Shown here piece after piece: positions 1 through 12,775 of a stretch of DNA of 64,000 nt. Source of the DNA: Perkinsus olseni (Eukaryota). The notes under the pieces were generated by a model. The model was not told where the DNA came from. It did not search any database and saw nothing but the letters and a program-made list of their open reading frames with translations. The stretch is from contig JABANN010000093.1 in assembly GCA_013115125.1 (NCBI GenBank), forward strand, positions 1-64,000, read 5' to 3'. The first letter of the stretch is position 1. Each line of letters opens with the position of its first letter. A program made the translations under genes and the position numbers.

Positions 1-68
1 CTGCCCCTTTGTGTCGAATGTCCCCACACGGCCGGCTTCACCGACGGTATGTGACTTCGTCCATACCT

Positions 69-190
69 CCAGAGGATCGATCCGGGGAATGATCCTAGAA
101 CTGCTCCCAGGATCGATTGACTGAACAGAAAAAGGCTTCGGTCAGTCCAGGGATTGATCCCGAGTCCCGGGATCGATTTACTGAACAGCC
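69..190. repeat. Short GATC-rich imperfect direct repeat
   Basis: TCCC[A/G]GGATCGATT[G/T]ACTGAACAG at 105-128 and 165-188 (22/24 identical, 60-nt spacing); related GGAT[C/T]GATCC blocks precede each copy. Confidence 0.6.
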
Positions 191-324
191 CGTTGGCGTA
201 GGTGTTACGCGCTCCGTCTATGTTTATGCGTGCAGAGTAATCTGGGCAATAGCTCTTTCATAAGATCTACTCGCAAGCTCCCTTTGGCCTTGTGTTCCGC
301 GTATGAGTAAGAAGAATACAACAG

Positions 325-810
325 TAGGTCGTCGATAGCACGCGTAGCATGTACTTGCGTACCACGCAAATACATGAGACGATGCGACATGACTCGGCGC
401 GCATGTCTTATACCCGACCCTCCCATCCACAGAAGCCCAGAACAAGGTTGGACTGCGGTACCTCAGAGGATCAATTTTTCGCCGACAGGGGCGCTTGCTC
501 AGCCTCAGGCTGACAGCCTATTACGTAGACAAAACTGCAGGGGACTCTAACGCAGTCTACCGTGAATAGCACTCCCGTCACTCGTCAACTGTCTACTTAT
601 TCCCGATGTGACGCGTTGATTTTGGGTGCAATCCGTGAATCATTCGTGGGATGATCAGTTTTGTCCTGACAGGTCAGCTACAGATGGCTCATTGTTGTTC
701 CGTCGCCTCAACTTAAGTGTCGCACCGTGCTGTTATAGTGATGAGTTAGACACTCTCGATAAGATTTCGATGATCGCTCCGCTGGAACGTGTAAACATAG
801 CGATCTGAGC
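325..810. repeat. Non-coding module upstream of secreted gene copy 1; diverged copies at ~4120-4385, ~5680-6215 and partially ~8110-8160
   Basis: Shared blocks: TAGGTCGTCGATAGCACGC (325 and ~8122); CAGCCTATT[A/G]CGTAGAC..[A/T]ACTGCAGGGG (~513 and ~5916); CATAGCG..CTGAGCTA (~797 and ~6198). Confidence 0.7.
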
Positions 811-1095
811 TAAGCATAGGCGTGCTGTAGCTGCGGATTTACCCAGAAACCTTCTAATCACATTCGATAAAAGGTTAATCATAAAATCTTATTTAAAGTC
901 AGTACTTTTTCCTAGTGGTTACCCCCTTATCCCCGACGCCCTCGAGCTGGGGTTGGGAAGACTAAATATTGAGCTGATAGGCACGACATAGAGACGCCAG
1001 CGGCCCAATGGCATTCGAGTTCAATGCTTCAGCGACTGTGAAAGAGTGCGGCGTAAATTAGTTTTTTTTCTTTTTCAGGCTTCTTTTAGCAAAGT

Positions 1096-1647
1096 ATGTC
1101 CACCACCCTAGGATATCTGTCCTGTATCCTTCTCATTTCGGTGGTCGCCGCCACAGGTACCCACGACACATGGTGGAAGCCTGCCGTGCCCAGCAGCTTG
1201 AGATCCCTGGCGACCGATGACACCTACTCGGAGCCATCTGCACCCACCTCTGCCGAAGGGGATGTTGATTCCCTAGCGACGCTTCTGGCAGCTCAGGTGC
1301 GTGCCGAGTTGAGTACTTCATCTACCAACGACTATTTGCTACAAGGCCTGGCTACCACGGCGGCAGACGGCCAGCATCCTTTCTGGGTTTTACTGGCAGA
1401 TCTAGTACGTGAAGAGTTTGGCCCTCAGGGACTCAGTGACACCGAACTAGTCTCAGCTTTGGCAAGCGCGGTTGAGAACGGTGATGACTTTTCGTTGGTG
1501 TTGCCCACTACTGAGACGACTGCCTCAAGCCCTTCGGTTACCTACGGTGTCGACCTGTCACGGCCCCAGGCTGCTGTATCTGGAGATACGACGAACCCTT
1601 TCGTGAGATGGATTGCCAGTATTTGGTTGGCCTTAACAGGCAGGTGA
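1096..1647 (+). CDS. Intronless secreted protein (183 aa), paralogue 1 of a lineage-specific family
   Basis: ATG follows a T-rich tract ending in AG; hydrophobic signal peptide MSTTLGYLSCILLISVVAA; family motifs HPFW and NPFxxW are shared with the copies at 6442 and 21946. Confidence 0.8.
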   Translation: MSTTLGYLSCILLISVVAATGTHDTWWKPAVPSSLRSLATDDTYSEPSAPTSAEGDVDSLATLLAAQVRAELSTSSTNDYLLQGLATTAADGQHPFWVLLADLVREEFGPQGLSDTELVSALASAVENGDDFSLVLPTTETTASSPSVTYGVDLSRPQAAVSGDTTNPFVRWIASIWLALTGR

Positions 1648-2265
1648 ACATCGTCTTGTCGCTCATCAAACTGCTCTGGTCTCCTGGATCGTAGCAGTTG
1701 ACGAGAACAATTCTTCGTTAAACTCTTTTTTGATAAGCAATTGGGCCAAAGGGACACCATTCGCTCATCAGTGATAAGCGCTGATGACTATACCGATTTT
1801 GGCAAAGTGACTGATTGGTTCAAGGTGACAGATGTTATGATTCAGACGCGTAGCGTCATCCTCCATGGCCGCTTCACCCCGCTCATTCAGTTCGCATCCC
1901 ACAACAACTGTTTGTTGAGTCGGGTCTTGGGCGATCAGCAGGGCTGCTCCGTCAAATAGTGTCCACTCATCCGAGGAGGACGAGCGACCCCTCATACGCC
2001 TGACGATACGGAAGGAGAACTTAGTCGATCAAAATTGAATATCACAATGCAGCCCTCTCAGTGCAGAAGTGAGCACTACCGGCCATTTCCAATACGCAAG
2101 TGGAACTAATCTGATCATTCAAACCATCTCAGATCGAGCAACGCGTCTCGAAGACGTCAGCTGCAGTGTTCCGACTACCGACAAAACTGATAATGTCGGC
2201 CATAATGAGAAGTTGTTCTTTAGCGTGGCTGGCAGGAATCTAGATTGAGGCGTTGAATAGACTTC

Positions 2266-2800
2266 CAATGACAGTCTTTCATGTCTCTATAAACTTCTAC
2301 GCTTCTCCACGACACCGAAGATTGAAGCTCGGCATGTGCTACGGATGTTTCACATCGTTTAAGTCACACCTACCCAGCTTAGAGTTACAGACGGATAAAT
2401 AATGCGAGCAACACGGTCATAAACAACATAAACGTTTCAACTATCTTGTGATGGGGCCGAGCGTAGGTACTGATCCGAGCAGTCAGCAAGAGTTTCAACT
2501 CCGTCAAAGGAATCAGACAATGAATACTGAGCTTTAAGTCGCTGAGCTTTTGCTCTAACACCGGAAAGGACACTGACATGATTTGGATACTGGGGGCGCT
2601 TTGAGAATTTTGAATCTCGAATCAACAGTTTTGCTCTTGATTGGAATGTTGCTCACGATTCCAGAATCTTACTACGCTAAGTGCAGGATTCGAGTACTGT
2701 ACCGACAGTACACTTGGATCAGAAGGTGCGTCAAATCACGAGTCGAATTCACAGAGTGAGTGGCACGAGGACAGTTGCTTTTCTCCACACAAGCGCGGGT
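2266..2800. repeat. Downstream block of the segmental duplication (copy at ~8232-8760); possibly a decayed minus-strand gene
   Basis: AATGACAGTCTTTCATGTCTCTA, TCAAAGGAATCAGACAAT, CTCGAATCAACAGT and CCGACAGTACACTTGGA...GCGTCAAATCAC occur in the same order in both places. Confidence 0.8.
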
Positions 2801-3369
2801 AGCGACGATCCCGCGAGACCTGGGCGACGTCAAACCGTCCCAGAGCCTCCAACACAGGTGTGAGCGGAAGGGGTTAAAATTGAAACCAAGTACAACGGAC
2901 AAGCTACTGTACTTTATAGACAGTGTAGCTGTTGAATCACTCATGCAACTAGCCTCCTCAGAGCTCACAAGAGATTCGCGAACCTGATTGTGGTATTGCT
3001 GCCGTCTCCAAACTAAACGCGCCTACTTCGTAACCGGTACTCATTCGGCCCAGCAGTTTCTGAGCAATCCGATGTGTAAGGCACACAGATGTTTTAGAGT
3101 AGCGGTAGAGAGTCTGAATCGTAGGCAGTAGGTCGTTAGTTCCATCCTAGGAAGCGGCTGGAGTTTTCCGTGGGATCGCGGGACCCTTTGATGAGTGTAG
3201 GAGGAAGACCTTGCGCCATGGTTATTTGGCCTGGCATTTCCTGGGCATCTTGTGTAAGCCGCTTTAGCTTAGTGTTATTACTCGCATCTGACTGAGATGC
3301 CCTCCCGCCGCAATCCCCTGCCTCGGAATGACATGTAGCAGCACCAACCCATGATCTACCCCTCCCCCG

Positions 3370-4030
3370 AACGAAGTGGCCACGAGTTCATCCGGCTATG
3401 AAAGTCAGGCTAAACTCCAGCAGCTATGGTTCAAGACATGCCACAGAGCGCGAGCCCCGAGGCGGTCCTGGGAGAACCTCGGTCCTGGACGCCCCTCGCA
3501 GCACGAGCCCGACAACTCTGGGTCAAGACGTCCCCCGCAACTTCACCCCGCCGGGGTGACCCCGGCTGATGTCACCCCTCTGTCCATCGCCGTGAACCAA
3601 GAACTGGCACTCCTTGCCGGTGACCTGGAACGGCTCTAGTGGAACCAAGCAATGCAGGATTGGTTCTGATTCAGAACGGGCCGTTCTCAACAGCATCGAC
3701 AATCGGGAACCTCTGGTCTACGTCCCCAGCGACCACTCCGTCAGATCCGATATCGCAGGAGAATTAACCGTTAAAGGCCGACTAGCTGAGGCGCAGGGCA
3801 CACTGCGTTCGACGCATCGAGCGGGCAAACGGAATCTGTTTGACCCGAATGCCCCTGACCGGGATCATTCGACTCAACTCTGGCGGCCTTCACGTGAAGA
3901 GGCTATCCTCGGCGTAACTCCCACCCGAGTGGCCCAACTTCAGTCCTACGATATGCTTGGCAGTGCACGAGGTATCAGGTGCGAGTGCTAAGTTACCACT
4001 AGGGACTCATTGGGGTTATCGAGCCAAGGT
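3370..4030 (+). mobile_element. Degenerate non-LTR retrotransposon remnant (RNase H-like region)
   Basis: Joining two frames gives NQELALLAGDLERL/SGTKQCRIGSDSERAVLNSI...LVYVPSDHSV...CEC. This resembles the RNase H motifs EL.A...I.SDS...WVPGH followed by a Cys motif. Frameshifted, and no RT core is visible. Confidence 0.35.
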
Positions 4031-6441
4031 AGTGCCTAGCCGTGAGCTGGTAGCCTGGTGACGAGGCGCCACTCTGACGAAATTCCCTCAGTGATATGCT
4101 GTCGCAGACCGACGACACAACACTTGGCTGTAGACACTCGGCAGCACGCACGTACGTGCACGTGCGCGGAATCCCATGACATATGTATTTATCTCCGACT
4201 CTCCCATCCAAATCAAGCCCATATCGATGTAGGAGTGCAGCACTCTACACGATTAATCCTTCCTCGACGAGGACGCTCACTTAGCCTCAGCGCGTCAGCC
4301 TGTTGTACCGACATACCGTAGGAAAAACTGGTCAGTGACCAGTGGTCACTTCCGCAGTCTACCTCGAGTAACACTCCCGTGTAGATATCTCCAACGGGTG
4401 CACTGACACATACACCACCGAAGAGCTTTCTACACGATCGCGCGAGCTACAACAGAAGGTTTGAAGGGATACCCGAATCTGTCCGGGAACCACCGTTGAA
4501 ATGCTTCTTCCAGGACGTGCCCTCCTAGGTAGCTGACTGGAGCACCGCTCGCATATGCAGTTGCCGCCAGGTGAAGGAAGAGCTCTGCGCTGGCGACAAC
4601 GTAACGGAACTCCTCCTCTATTGTCGCGATGATAACTTGAGGTCTCAAGCAGTGGCCCGAAGGCTCGGCTTCATACCGACCACCAACGCTAATGCTGATA
4701 ACTGCTTCACGCTGCAATTGGATGGCATGTGGCAGTAGGGCCCGCACCACGGAGGAAGGACCGGGATGCTAACGAATCACTCACGAAAACAGTCCTCTGG
4801 TCAATTGTTCGTGCAAAAATAGCCTTTCCTTGGAGTCCACTAAGAGTGGTAATGTACCACTCGCAATTGACCAGCTCAGTGGAGAGTGGAACCTGGAAGG
4901 ACTGGCAAGCCGTTCAGGTTCCACACTGGTGTCAAGCCAGAGACGGGAACGCCACGCATCGGTCACAATCTGATCGATCTATCTCGACGCTGCTAGAATC
5001 ATTGACATTGCACTGCAATGCCCTTCCCTCGGCCCCAGATGCAGCCTGCCAGATCTCCGAAGGTTCCGGCGGCTCCTAGTGACAGTACTCACCCGTAGTA
5101 GAAAGAAACCTCCATATCTGGAATTTCAGCTCGTTACTCCTACTATTGGATGCGTGAGCTCCGCCAAAGCAAATACAGTCGTTTGATGGCGGGTACTGTA
5201 TCAACTGGATCTTGCGCTGGGACGCCCAGGGAAGGTTCGGGGCGGTTTTGATATCACCGGGGTGATGTGAGCATAGCTATCAGTGCTACTAGCCTAGCTA
5301 GTAGCATTTAATTTTGAGCTAGACTGGCTATAGGGTGCCCGCTTGCAAAGGACGAAATTTGCATCGATCGTCATCCGAGGTCCAGGGAAGCTTGCGCGAA
5401 GGCTGTCAACGTTGCTGAATCCGCTGGAGTCGTCGGCGTGGCTAAATTCGTTCCCTTGAACCTCTGATCGAACTAGATGCAAATCTCGTCTTTCAAACGG
5501 GGACACCCTCTACTTAGTAGAGTCTACTAGCGCCGCGCTAGGGGACAAATGGCTTGTGTGCCCACACGAATACTCAACCTCGTCAGGCTTCAGCTCTGTT
5601 TGCTAGCATGGAATGGTGGAGGAGGAGAAGTTCAGATATCCCTCAAGTGACAGACTGTGGCTGGGCGACCAACGGCATAACACTTGGCTGTTGAACCTCG
5701 GCGGCTGAGGCTCAGGCTCAGCCGAGCACGCGAGTACATGCACGTGCGCAGAAGCGCATGGCAGAGTCTGCTATGCAGACGTATCTTATCCACGACCCTC
5801 TTATCCAAGCCAAGCTCAGAACATCGTCCTGGTCTTGCACTGCGTGACCTTACAGTGTAACCCTTACGCAGTCAGCCACCCGCCGACGAGGAAGCCTACT
5901 TGGTCTCACGGCGTCAGCCTATTGCGTAGACGATACTGCAGGGGTCACTAGCACTGTCTTCCTCGAAAAACGATCCCGTCGCCAGCGATTTGTCTTCTTA
6001 TATTTAGTTCCGGGTCGAATCTGGGGACGCTTTGCGGAATTATATGTTCAACTCTGAGACACTGGCTACAAGTCGCATGGTGTTGTGTCATCGGCGCAAG
6101 ATCGGCGTCGTATTGCACCGCTGCAGTGATGAGAGGAAGAATAAGTAGTAGACAGTCCTGAAAAGATGTTGTCGCTTGTTCCGCCCGCGCGTGTGGACAT
6201 AGCGGCCTGAGCTAGCTTAGCTTCCAAACCTTCTACTTACATTTCGTATCACCCCATTCGAAGACAGTGTCACTTCTTAGTAGTTGATCCCGAGGTTTAA
6301 GGCGCGCTCGAGATGCGGCTCGGACAACTCCATGTTGAGCTAGTAGGCACAGCATGAAGAGGTAGCCGTCAAGCCCAAGGGCCTTCGAAGGCTGAAGCAG
6401 CTACTATCTTGCACTGCAGGTCTTTTTCTCTCGTGCGAAGC

Positions 6442-6983
6442 ATGTCGATCACCCTAGGATATCTGTCGTGTATCCTCCTTCTCATTTCGGTGGTCATCGC
6501 CACACCCAACTACTTGGGATCCCTGACAAACTATGACACCTACTCGGAACTACCTGTGCCTATGGCTGGCGATGGTGATGTTGATCCCCTAGCGGCGCTC
6601 CTGGCAGCTCAAATGCGTGCCGAGTTGAGATCTCCCGCTGCCAAAGACTACATATTTACCAGAAGGTCTACATAGCTTTCGCAGCGGCGGAAGACGATGA
6701 GCATCCTTTCTGGATGTTACTGGCAGCTCGAGTACGGGAAGCGTTTGACTCCATGGATCTCATGGATGATACCGAAATGACGTCGCTCTTAACTAGCCTG
6801 GTCGATATTGACGAATACTTCCTGTTGGGGCTGCTCACTTCTGAGAATTCTGCCCCCAGCCCTGCGGCTAACTACGATGTCGACATATCACAACCCCAAG
6901 CCGTCGAAGCTGGAGATAGCGAAAGCCCTTTCGTGAAGTGGATTCTTGAAGTCTTCTATTGGATCTTGCCGGGGGGTAGGTGA
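6442..6983 (+). pseudogene. Frameshifted paralogue 2 of the secreted family
   Basis: MSITLGYLSCILLLISVVIAT...DVDPLAALLAAQMRAEL aligns with the 1096 gene. The frame breaks at ~6650-6680 (stop at 6673-6675) and resumes as HPFWMLLAARVRE...SPFVKW in another frame. No usable intron restores it. Confidence 0.7.
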
Positions 6984-8231
6984 AAACCATCTGCTCGCCG
7001 AAGAGTCCTCAGATCCTCGCTTATCGGCCGGCTCTGTTCTTTTGTATCAACCCGTCACCAGGTGCCTGATAGCGATGGGTGTGATTACTACGCTAAACTT
7101 GGCAAGCTCCACACACTTAGTCATCTGATCCTTCTGGTGCTTTGTAGCGCTAAAGCCCCGAGATGTTCGAGATGATTGCCTTCACTACCCTCTTAGAGGG
7201 TCCCTCTATTTTTCAAGATAATTCACTATCAGAGCGAATCTCTCAACAGCAGCAATGATCTACGGCTACAATTTTTTTACCAAAACGGCACACCTATCAA
7301 TGTCTACACATGTGATTGGTAGGGCGCTTCGCGTTATCGCGGCGATCACCAGCCGAAACCCGACTGCCACTCGATCACCACTAGGCTTATATCACCTGGC
7401 GAGCAGGCTTGTGTTGATTGACTGAAAGATGGATTTGAAGAGTAAATTGCGCTGAGTAATGCTGTCCCTCTTCAGTGAAGGGCATTCACCGTCAAGCACG
7501 AAGCTTCAGAGTACACAAGGGAGCAGCGAGTGGCCCGATGCGGGTCTTCTTGCGAAAAATGTTCTGATGGGAGAAACTTTTCTGAAGAGTGAACTACAAG
7601 TGCTCAGTGAGCCAGACTGGCATCCATATTCCTGCATGATGTGTGTTTTCCGTGGATTTCTGGCATTGCTGCACTCATATGAAGCAGACCTGTCTTTGTA
7701 GTTCAGAATTGCTGCCGTCGAATGCCTCATGCCTGAGAATCAATCAGCTGGTGATTCACCAGGGGTGAATTCATAAGATTCGGCTGCTCAGGGCCTCTGC
7801 ACCCTTGGTAACCAGCTGATACGTTCCCGATCGTGGACGGTCAACGGGGACACAGGGGCCCAGGGGACAGTCATGGATACTCGAAGTTCATGTTCGAGCG
7901 TTCTACGTTGACGACCTCGAGAGTCAGACTTTCCACTCGAGCACATCGAAAACTATTATCTTGCGCTAGGATTAAGTGGCACATAATCAGTAATCGTCGA
8001 TCCACTTGCAGGGTCGCTTCTTATCTTATGAAATGCTTGGGCTACATACACTCTAGGAAGCAACCCTAAAGCCGCTGAAGAGCAGATCGGGCAGTGCGAC
8101 CGACGGCAGAACACCTGGCTCTAGGTCGTCGATAGCACGCATTGCGTGTACCTGTGTGCACTATAGTGACGACTATAGTGTGCGCTGAGTAACAGCTACA
8201 GCCCGGGTTCAGTGTATATGGATAGATTTCT

Positions 8232-8760
8232 AATGACAGTCTTTCATGTCTCTACAAACTTCTATGCTGCTCCACCGCACCGACATGTACTGTGGATGAT
8301 TCACATCTCGGGAGTCACGCCTACCAAGTTTATAGATGTAGAGAGATGAATGGAACGAGCATCACGGTCGTGAATAAACGACTCAACAACCGTGTGATGG
8401 GGCCGTGGTGAAGACTGATTCTAGGGGTGCGCCAGAGTTTCAACGCATCAAAGGAATCAGACAATAAGTACTCACCGTTGAGCCACTGAGTTTTTGCTCT
8501 AAAGCCGGGGAGGAGACTGAGCCAGTGTCACTGAGGCAGACATGGTTTTTAGGCGATTTGAGATCATTGAAGCTCGAATCAACAGTGTTACTCTCGATGG
8601 AACTCTTCTGGAGTCTTACTAATGAGCGCAGCATTCGAGTCACTACTTTGCCGACAGTACACTTGGACCAGGGTGTGCGTCAAATCACAAGTCGATTCCA
8701 CAGGGTGAGTGATACGAGGATAGTTGCCTATCTCCACGCTACCCGGGGTGAAGACGATCG
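8232..8760. repeat. Second copy of the 2266-2800 block
   Basis: Collinear sequence blocks shared with 2266-2800. Confidence 0.8.
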
Positions 8761-8966
8761 TTCTACCACTGGATTGCACCACTTGCAGATGTTCTCAGCA
8801 TTCCCACCAACTCGGGCACCATCTTTGCATTGATTCGGTAGGGGACGGACGTCTCAGCGATCCTTGTGCTCTCGCGGCTCGCCGAGCCGCAGTAAAGCAG
8901 CGCCATGGATGAGGAGACATCACTTGAACAGAACACGATATGGCCGCAGCAACGGGAAAAGTTCGT

Positions 8967-10661
8967 TCACCGAATCATACAACTGTGTTCATGCTGCTCT
9001 ATGAGCTCGCCATGTGTGGTATCGATAAAATACACAAGGCAGCCATCGCCATCCGAGCTCCGTTTGACTATTATTTCCGAGTATCCGACGTCTCCTGCCT
9101 GTGAGTGATTGACTCTGAGCCATCCGGGAGATGAACCATCACCAACATCGCTAACAATGATGACATCGTGCAGGTCCTTCCCGATAGAAACTCGGCCGGT
9201 GGCGTTGAAAGAGTCAACCTCTACTGCGTAGGTATCCACGGACGGCACTATCGTCGTAACTCTTGAACGATCCACCCGGAGGAGCTCTCGAGGATAGCTA
9301 TCGAGATCAATGGATAAGTACAGAGATGACTTTTCAGTGCCACAGCCATGAGCGCCAGAGCACGCCCGAGCTCCGGGACGTCGCTGAGAAATAAGTGGCA
9401 AATAGCAGGAGTCGACGGGTCGATGTCGTAGCAGCTGTGTGTCGAACGATGTCGTCAAGAACAATCCTGTCGGGCGGATCAACAAATCGTGAGCTTGGGC
9501 GAACGCGACTAGCTCTCCTCGAGCTGCACCGAATCTCCACCGGACAATCCGGCCATTGCCGCTGTCAGCGATGAAGAGGCTCGAGTAAGGTAGCTCCGAG
9601 AGAAGGGCGTCGGGGTCAACAGCAATGGCGTTGGGACTGTTCAAGGACGACAGGTCGCTGGCAGGATGCCCTGAGGCAGACCACAAAGGCCTCGAGTGAT
9701 CAGCTGATAGGTCATCGGGAGAAGCCTACCGGACCCAGCAAGCACTGTTGCCATCTTGCCAGGGCCCCTCCCCAAAGGAGGGTACAGCACGACTCGGTGA
9801 GCATGCATATCGCAAACTACTATATAGCCATAGTAGCGTCCTGTGCAAGGAGTCCGGAGTCGTGCGCAGCGCAGGTGGCGTTACCAGGGTCACCAGAAAG
9901 GGTAACGGCATTCCACTCCAATAATATCACATCAGTCGGGTACTGCAGCTCGCCGTCTTCCCCAGCGATAACCTGCAGTTCTCGAAGAACAGTTCCTGTC
10001 CGCAACCTGACCGGTTTCGTACATCGTAGTGCCTCCTGTTGCCAGTGTGAGTGAATTTGTACCCTATGAGATGATACATGTAAACCAGATGCCTCCCAGG
10101 ATGCGAGATGAATAGCCTGTACCACGAAGGGAATCTTACATAGGGTGAACTGACTTCACCTCTGTCCACTTCTATCAAGGTAGAGCCTGCTGTCGCGATG
10201 TAGACCCTGCATGAGCACCCTCCGATCTTCTCCTCCGGTCGAGGCACACGAACCCCAGGTGAAGTTCTGTCCAAGAGCAGCTCGATGCTCATCTTCTAAC
10301 TGCACCACCAAACCCCACTTTCGACGGACCTGCGATCCGCCTGGCCGCTACGAGCCGTACGGACCTCACTTTGAGCTCCCTCTGTGAGATACACAATACG
10401 TCCCCTACGGCGAAGTACATACCACAATTTGCGCTACTAGTGATGTTGCTATCGTTATAGATGGGCACTCGTATCTGTAACGAGTAATATGGTCCTAGCG
10501 AGGCCTCGGACCGGCGTTCTCACCTCGCCTTCGTGCCGGGGGAGCTCGAACATCCGAGCGTCACTGGTCTCGTGCAAGCTGCCCACCCGTAGACAATCTC
10601 TGGGCGGCTGTGTCCGAGTGTGGGTGACTAGTGTGAGGATGAACGCCAGGTGAGTTAGCAT
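8967..10661 (-). CDS. NHL-repeat (beta-propeller) protein, multi-exon or partly degraded
   Basis: LNSPNAIAVD...LFIADSGNGRIVRW, LIRPTGLFL and LQYPTDVIL are NHL-type motifs. Possible signal peptide MLTHLAFILTLV. Exon structure is unresolved. Confidence 0.5.
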
Positions 10662-11565
10662 GGGACAATCGCGGTGGACTGATACCCGATGCAGAAGGTT
10701 GCCCTCCAATCGAGATTGAAATGAGAGATGGCCTTGAAAGATGAGATGTTGGCCTTTCCCGAAGGTGCTGTATGGCTAACGACTCTGGGTACAAGTGAGT
10801 GTGTTTGCGACCCGCGGGCGAGTCCGCTCTGCTCAAGCCTAAATGAACTGTGCAGAATCAGAGCTCGCAACCAAAAAACGAAAAAAACACCCTTGGGCTG
10901 TAGGCGCCGTGAACCAGAGACCCGGAGACCGACCGAAATCGCCGGGTGTTATGAAAGCAACCCCACTTATATCCTCAGAAACCGGGCCCCCTACTGGTTT
11001 GAGGGTCATGTCATCACATGTATCCTGCTCCGTGAGCTGGAAACGCTGCACACCTTCCTTGCGAAGAAGTCCAAAGTGGGCATCTATACCCTCGTAATAG
11101 AAACCAAACTCCGACGTGGCACATTCCACAGTAGGATAACTAAGATCCTGGAGGTGGCTATCGGCTATGCTGGTACCGAAGAGGAGCAGAGTTCCAACCC
11201 GGCCAGAATGCCAAGGGGCACTGTAGGGAATCATTGAGGGATGCGCATTTCTTCACGCTCGAGTTGAACGTGAACAAATACATATCGGGCGCTTTCTGAA
11301 GTACCTTCCTGCGTACACGTGCTGTATGATTTCGTGTATCGGTACTGTACACTATGCACTTCGTGTACCGGCATTCGGTGACAATTCTGCTGACGGTGGA
11401 CCATTCTTGTTCTTGAACCTCTCAACTTGATCAAGATCACACTGAACGAAACATGAATTCATACGACCTCTCTTGTAACGAAAGGTACATGTGAATGGCC
11501 AGTGAGATGTGGTAGCATGCGGTATTTGTAGTGTCCTTGGCAAAACAACTAGAAACTCATCAACA

Positions 11566-11636
11566 GCATCATTGGTCTAGTGGTAGAATACAACGTTGCC
11601 ATCGTTGTGACCCGAGTTCGATTCTCGGATGATGCA
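11566..11636 (+). tRNA. tRNA-Gly(GCC)
   Basis: Acceptor stem GCATCAT/ATGATGC, D-loop TAGTGGTAGAA, anticodon arm CAACG-TTGCCAT-CGTTG, T-arm CCGAG-TTCGATT-CTCGG, followed by TTTTT. Confidence 0.97.
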
Positions 11637-12313
11637 GTTTTACTTCTGTCGATCTTCAGGCTGAACAGTTCAGCCTGTTTATCATACACTCAAAAGTTTA
11701 TAAGTTGCAGTAGGAGTACCACCTTAAAATTCCAATAATCTTGTCATGGTCAAATTGGCCAGAGGACTACTCAATACTTGCTCACGTTGAGAACAACCTG
11801 CAGCTAAGGCGGTGCTGCAGCTTCATTCAATTTGTTGACCATCCGCTTCTTCGTCGACGATCTGATCTTGGTGTTCTAGGAAACCCACCGAGGGAAGGGA
11901 ATGGTCAGAACTAACCATTTCGATTCCTCAGTGCCAAGCAAGAGCTTCTCTTCATCTCTGTGTCACGATCTTGCAATATCTCGGACCGTTTCCTATAAGG
12001 ACGATACCAACTCAGTCTGGATGAGAACGCAGTCACTATTCCCCACATGTACAACGCGCAGGTGCTAAGCTCCAATTACAGAGCTAATGGATCAGATTTG
12101 GCCCGGACATTCGAAACAGATAACTAAAGGTGAGAGAGGACACACTAGGGAGATAACGCATCTCAGCATTCATCAGATAATATCCAAAGTGATCGAGCAT
12201 CGTTCATCTCGTAAACGATCAAATAGTAGCGAGCTAACTGCTGCTTATAGGGAGGTGCTCCACAGTGGGACCGCCAACCCCTGTACGATCGATCTACTCA
12301 GTAGCTTCTCACG

Positions 12314-12775
12314 TCACTTCTTCACCATGTATCTGACATGCGATCGCTTCAAACAGGGATAACACTTCAGTTGAGGAGAGATAGACTCACGTCGCCGACA
12401 GGAAAATGAAGATGGCCACTGGCCAAAACATAGAGTGGGTGTTGATCATGAGCTCAGCGAAGGGAGTGGCGGGGTCATGTCCTCCCCAATCCGTCCTCAT
12501 CGGCCATGGAGTGTCCGCTTGGACAACCGAGGGCGAGAGTAGCTGCGGTTGAATGAACACCATTGTGATGAGATGATCGGGATTACTCACCAAATTCCTC
12601 CCCGGCCTTCCAGTAGCTCTCGCCACCGCATTAGACATCAACGACGACACAGAAGTGATTCTGAAAACCGAAACCGATCGGAGACGCCCGAGAGCATACA
12701 CCACACACCCTACCTCGCCAAGTCGGCTATTTCGGCAGAGGGCTTGCTACCAGCTGGTGGAGGAGTGAAGGTCAT
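12314..12775 (-). CDS. Small single-TM protein, paralogue A (~100 aa, 4 exons); probable cytochrome c oxidase accessory subunit (myzozoan Cox7c-like)
   Basis: Splicing three GT-AG introns gives MTFTPPPAGSKPSAEIADLARITSVSSLMSNAVARATGRPGRNLLLSPSVVQADTPWPMRTDWGGHDPATPFAELMINTHSMFWPVAIFIFLSATYMVKK*. Gene structure is supported by two paralogues; the product call rests on recalled similarity only. Confidence 0.75.

Noticed and set aside
105-188. Two 24-nt repeats with a 36-nt spacer as a mini-CRISPR
   Set aside because: Only two imperfect units, eukaryotic context and no cas genes.
4430-5079. ORFs with ISISVGG suggesting a chitinase fragment
   Set aside because: No DxxDxDxE catalytic motif or other support.
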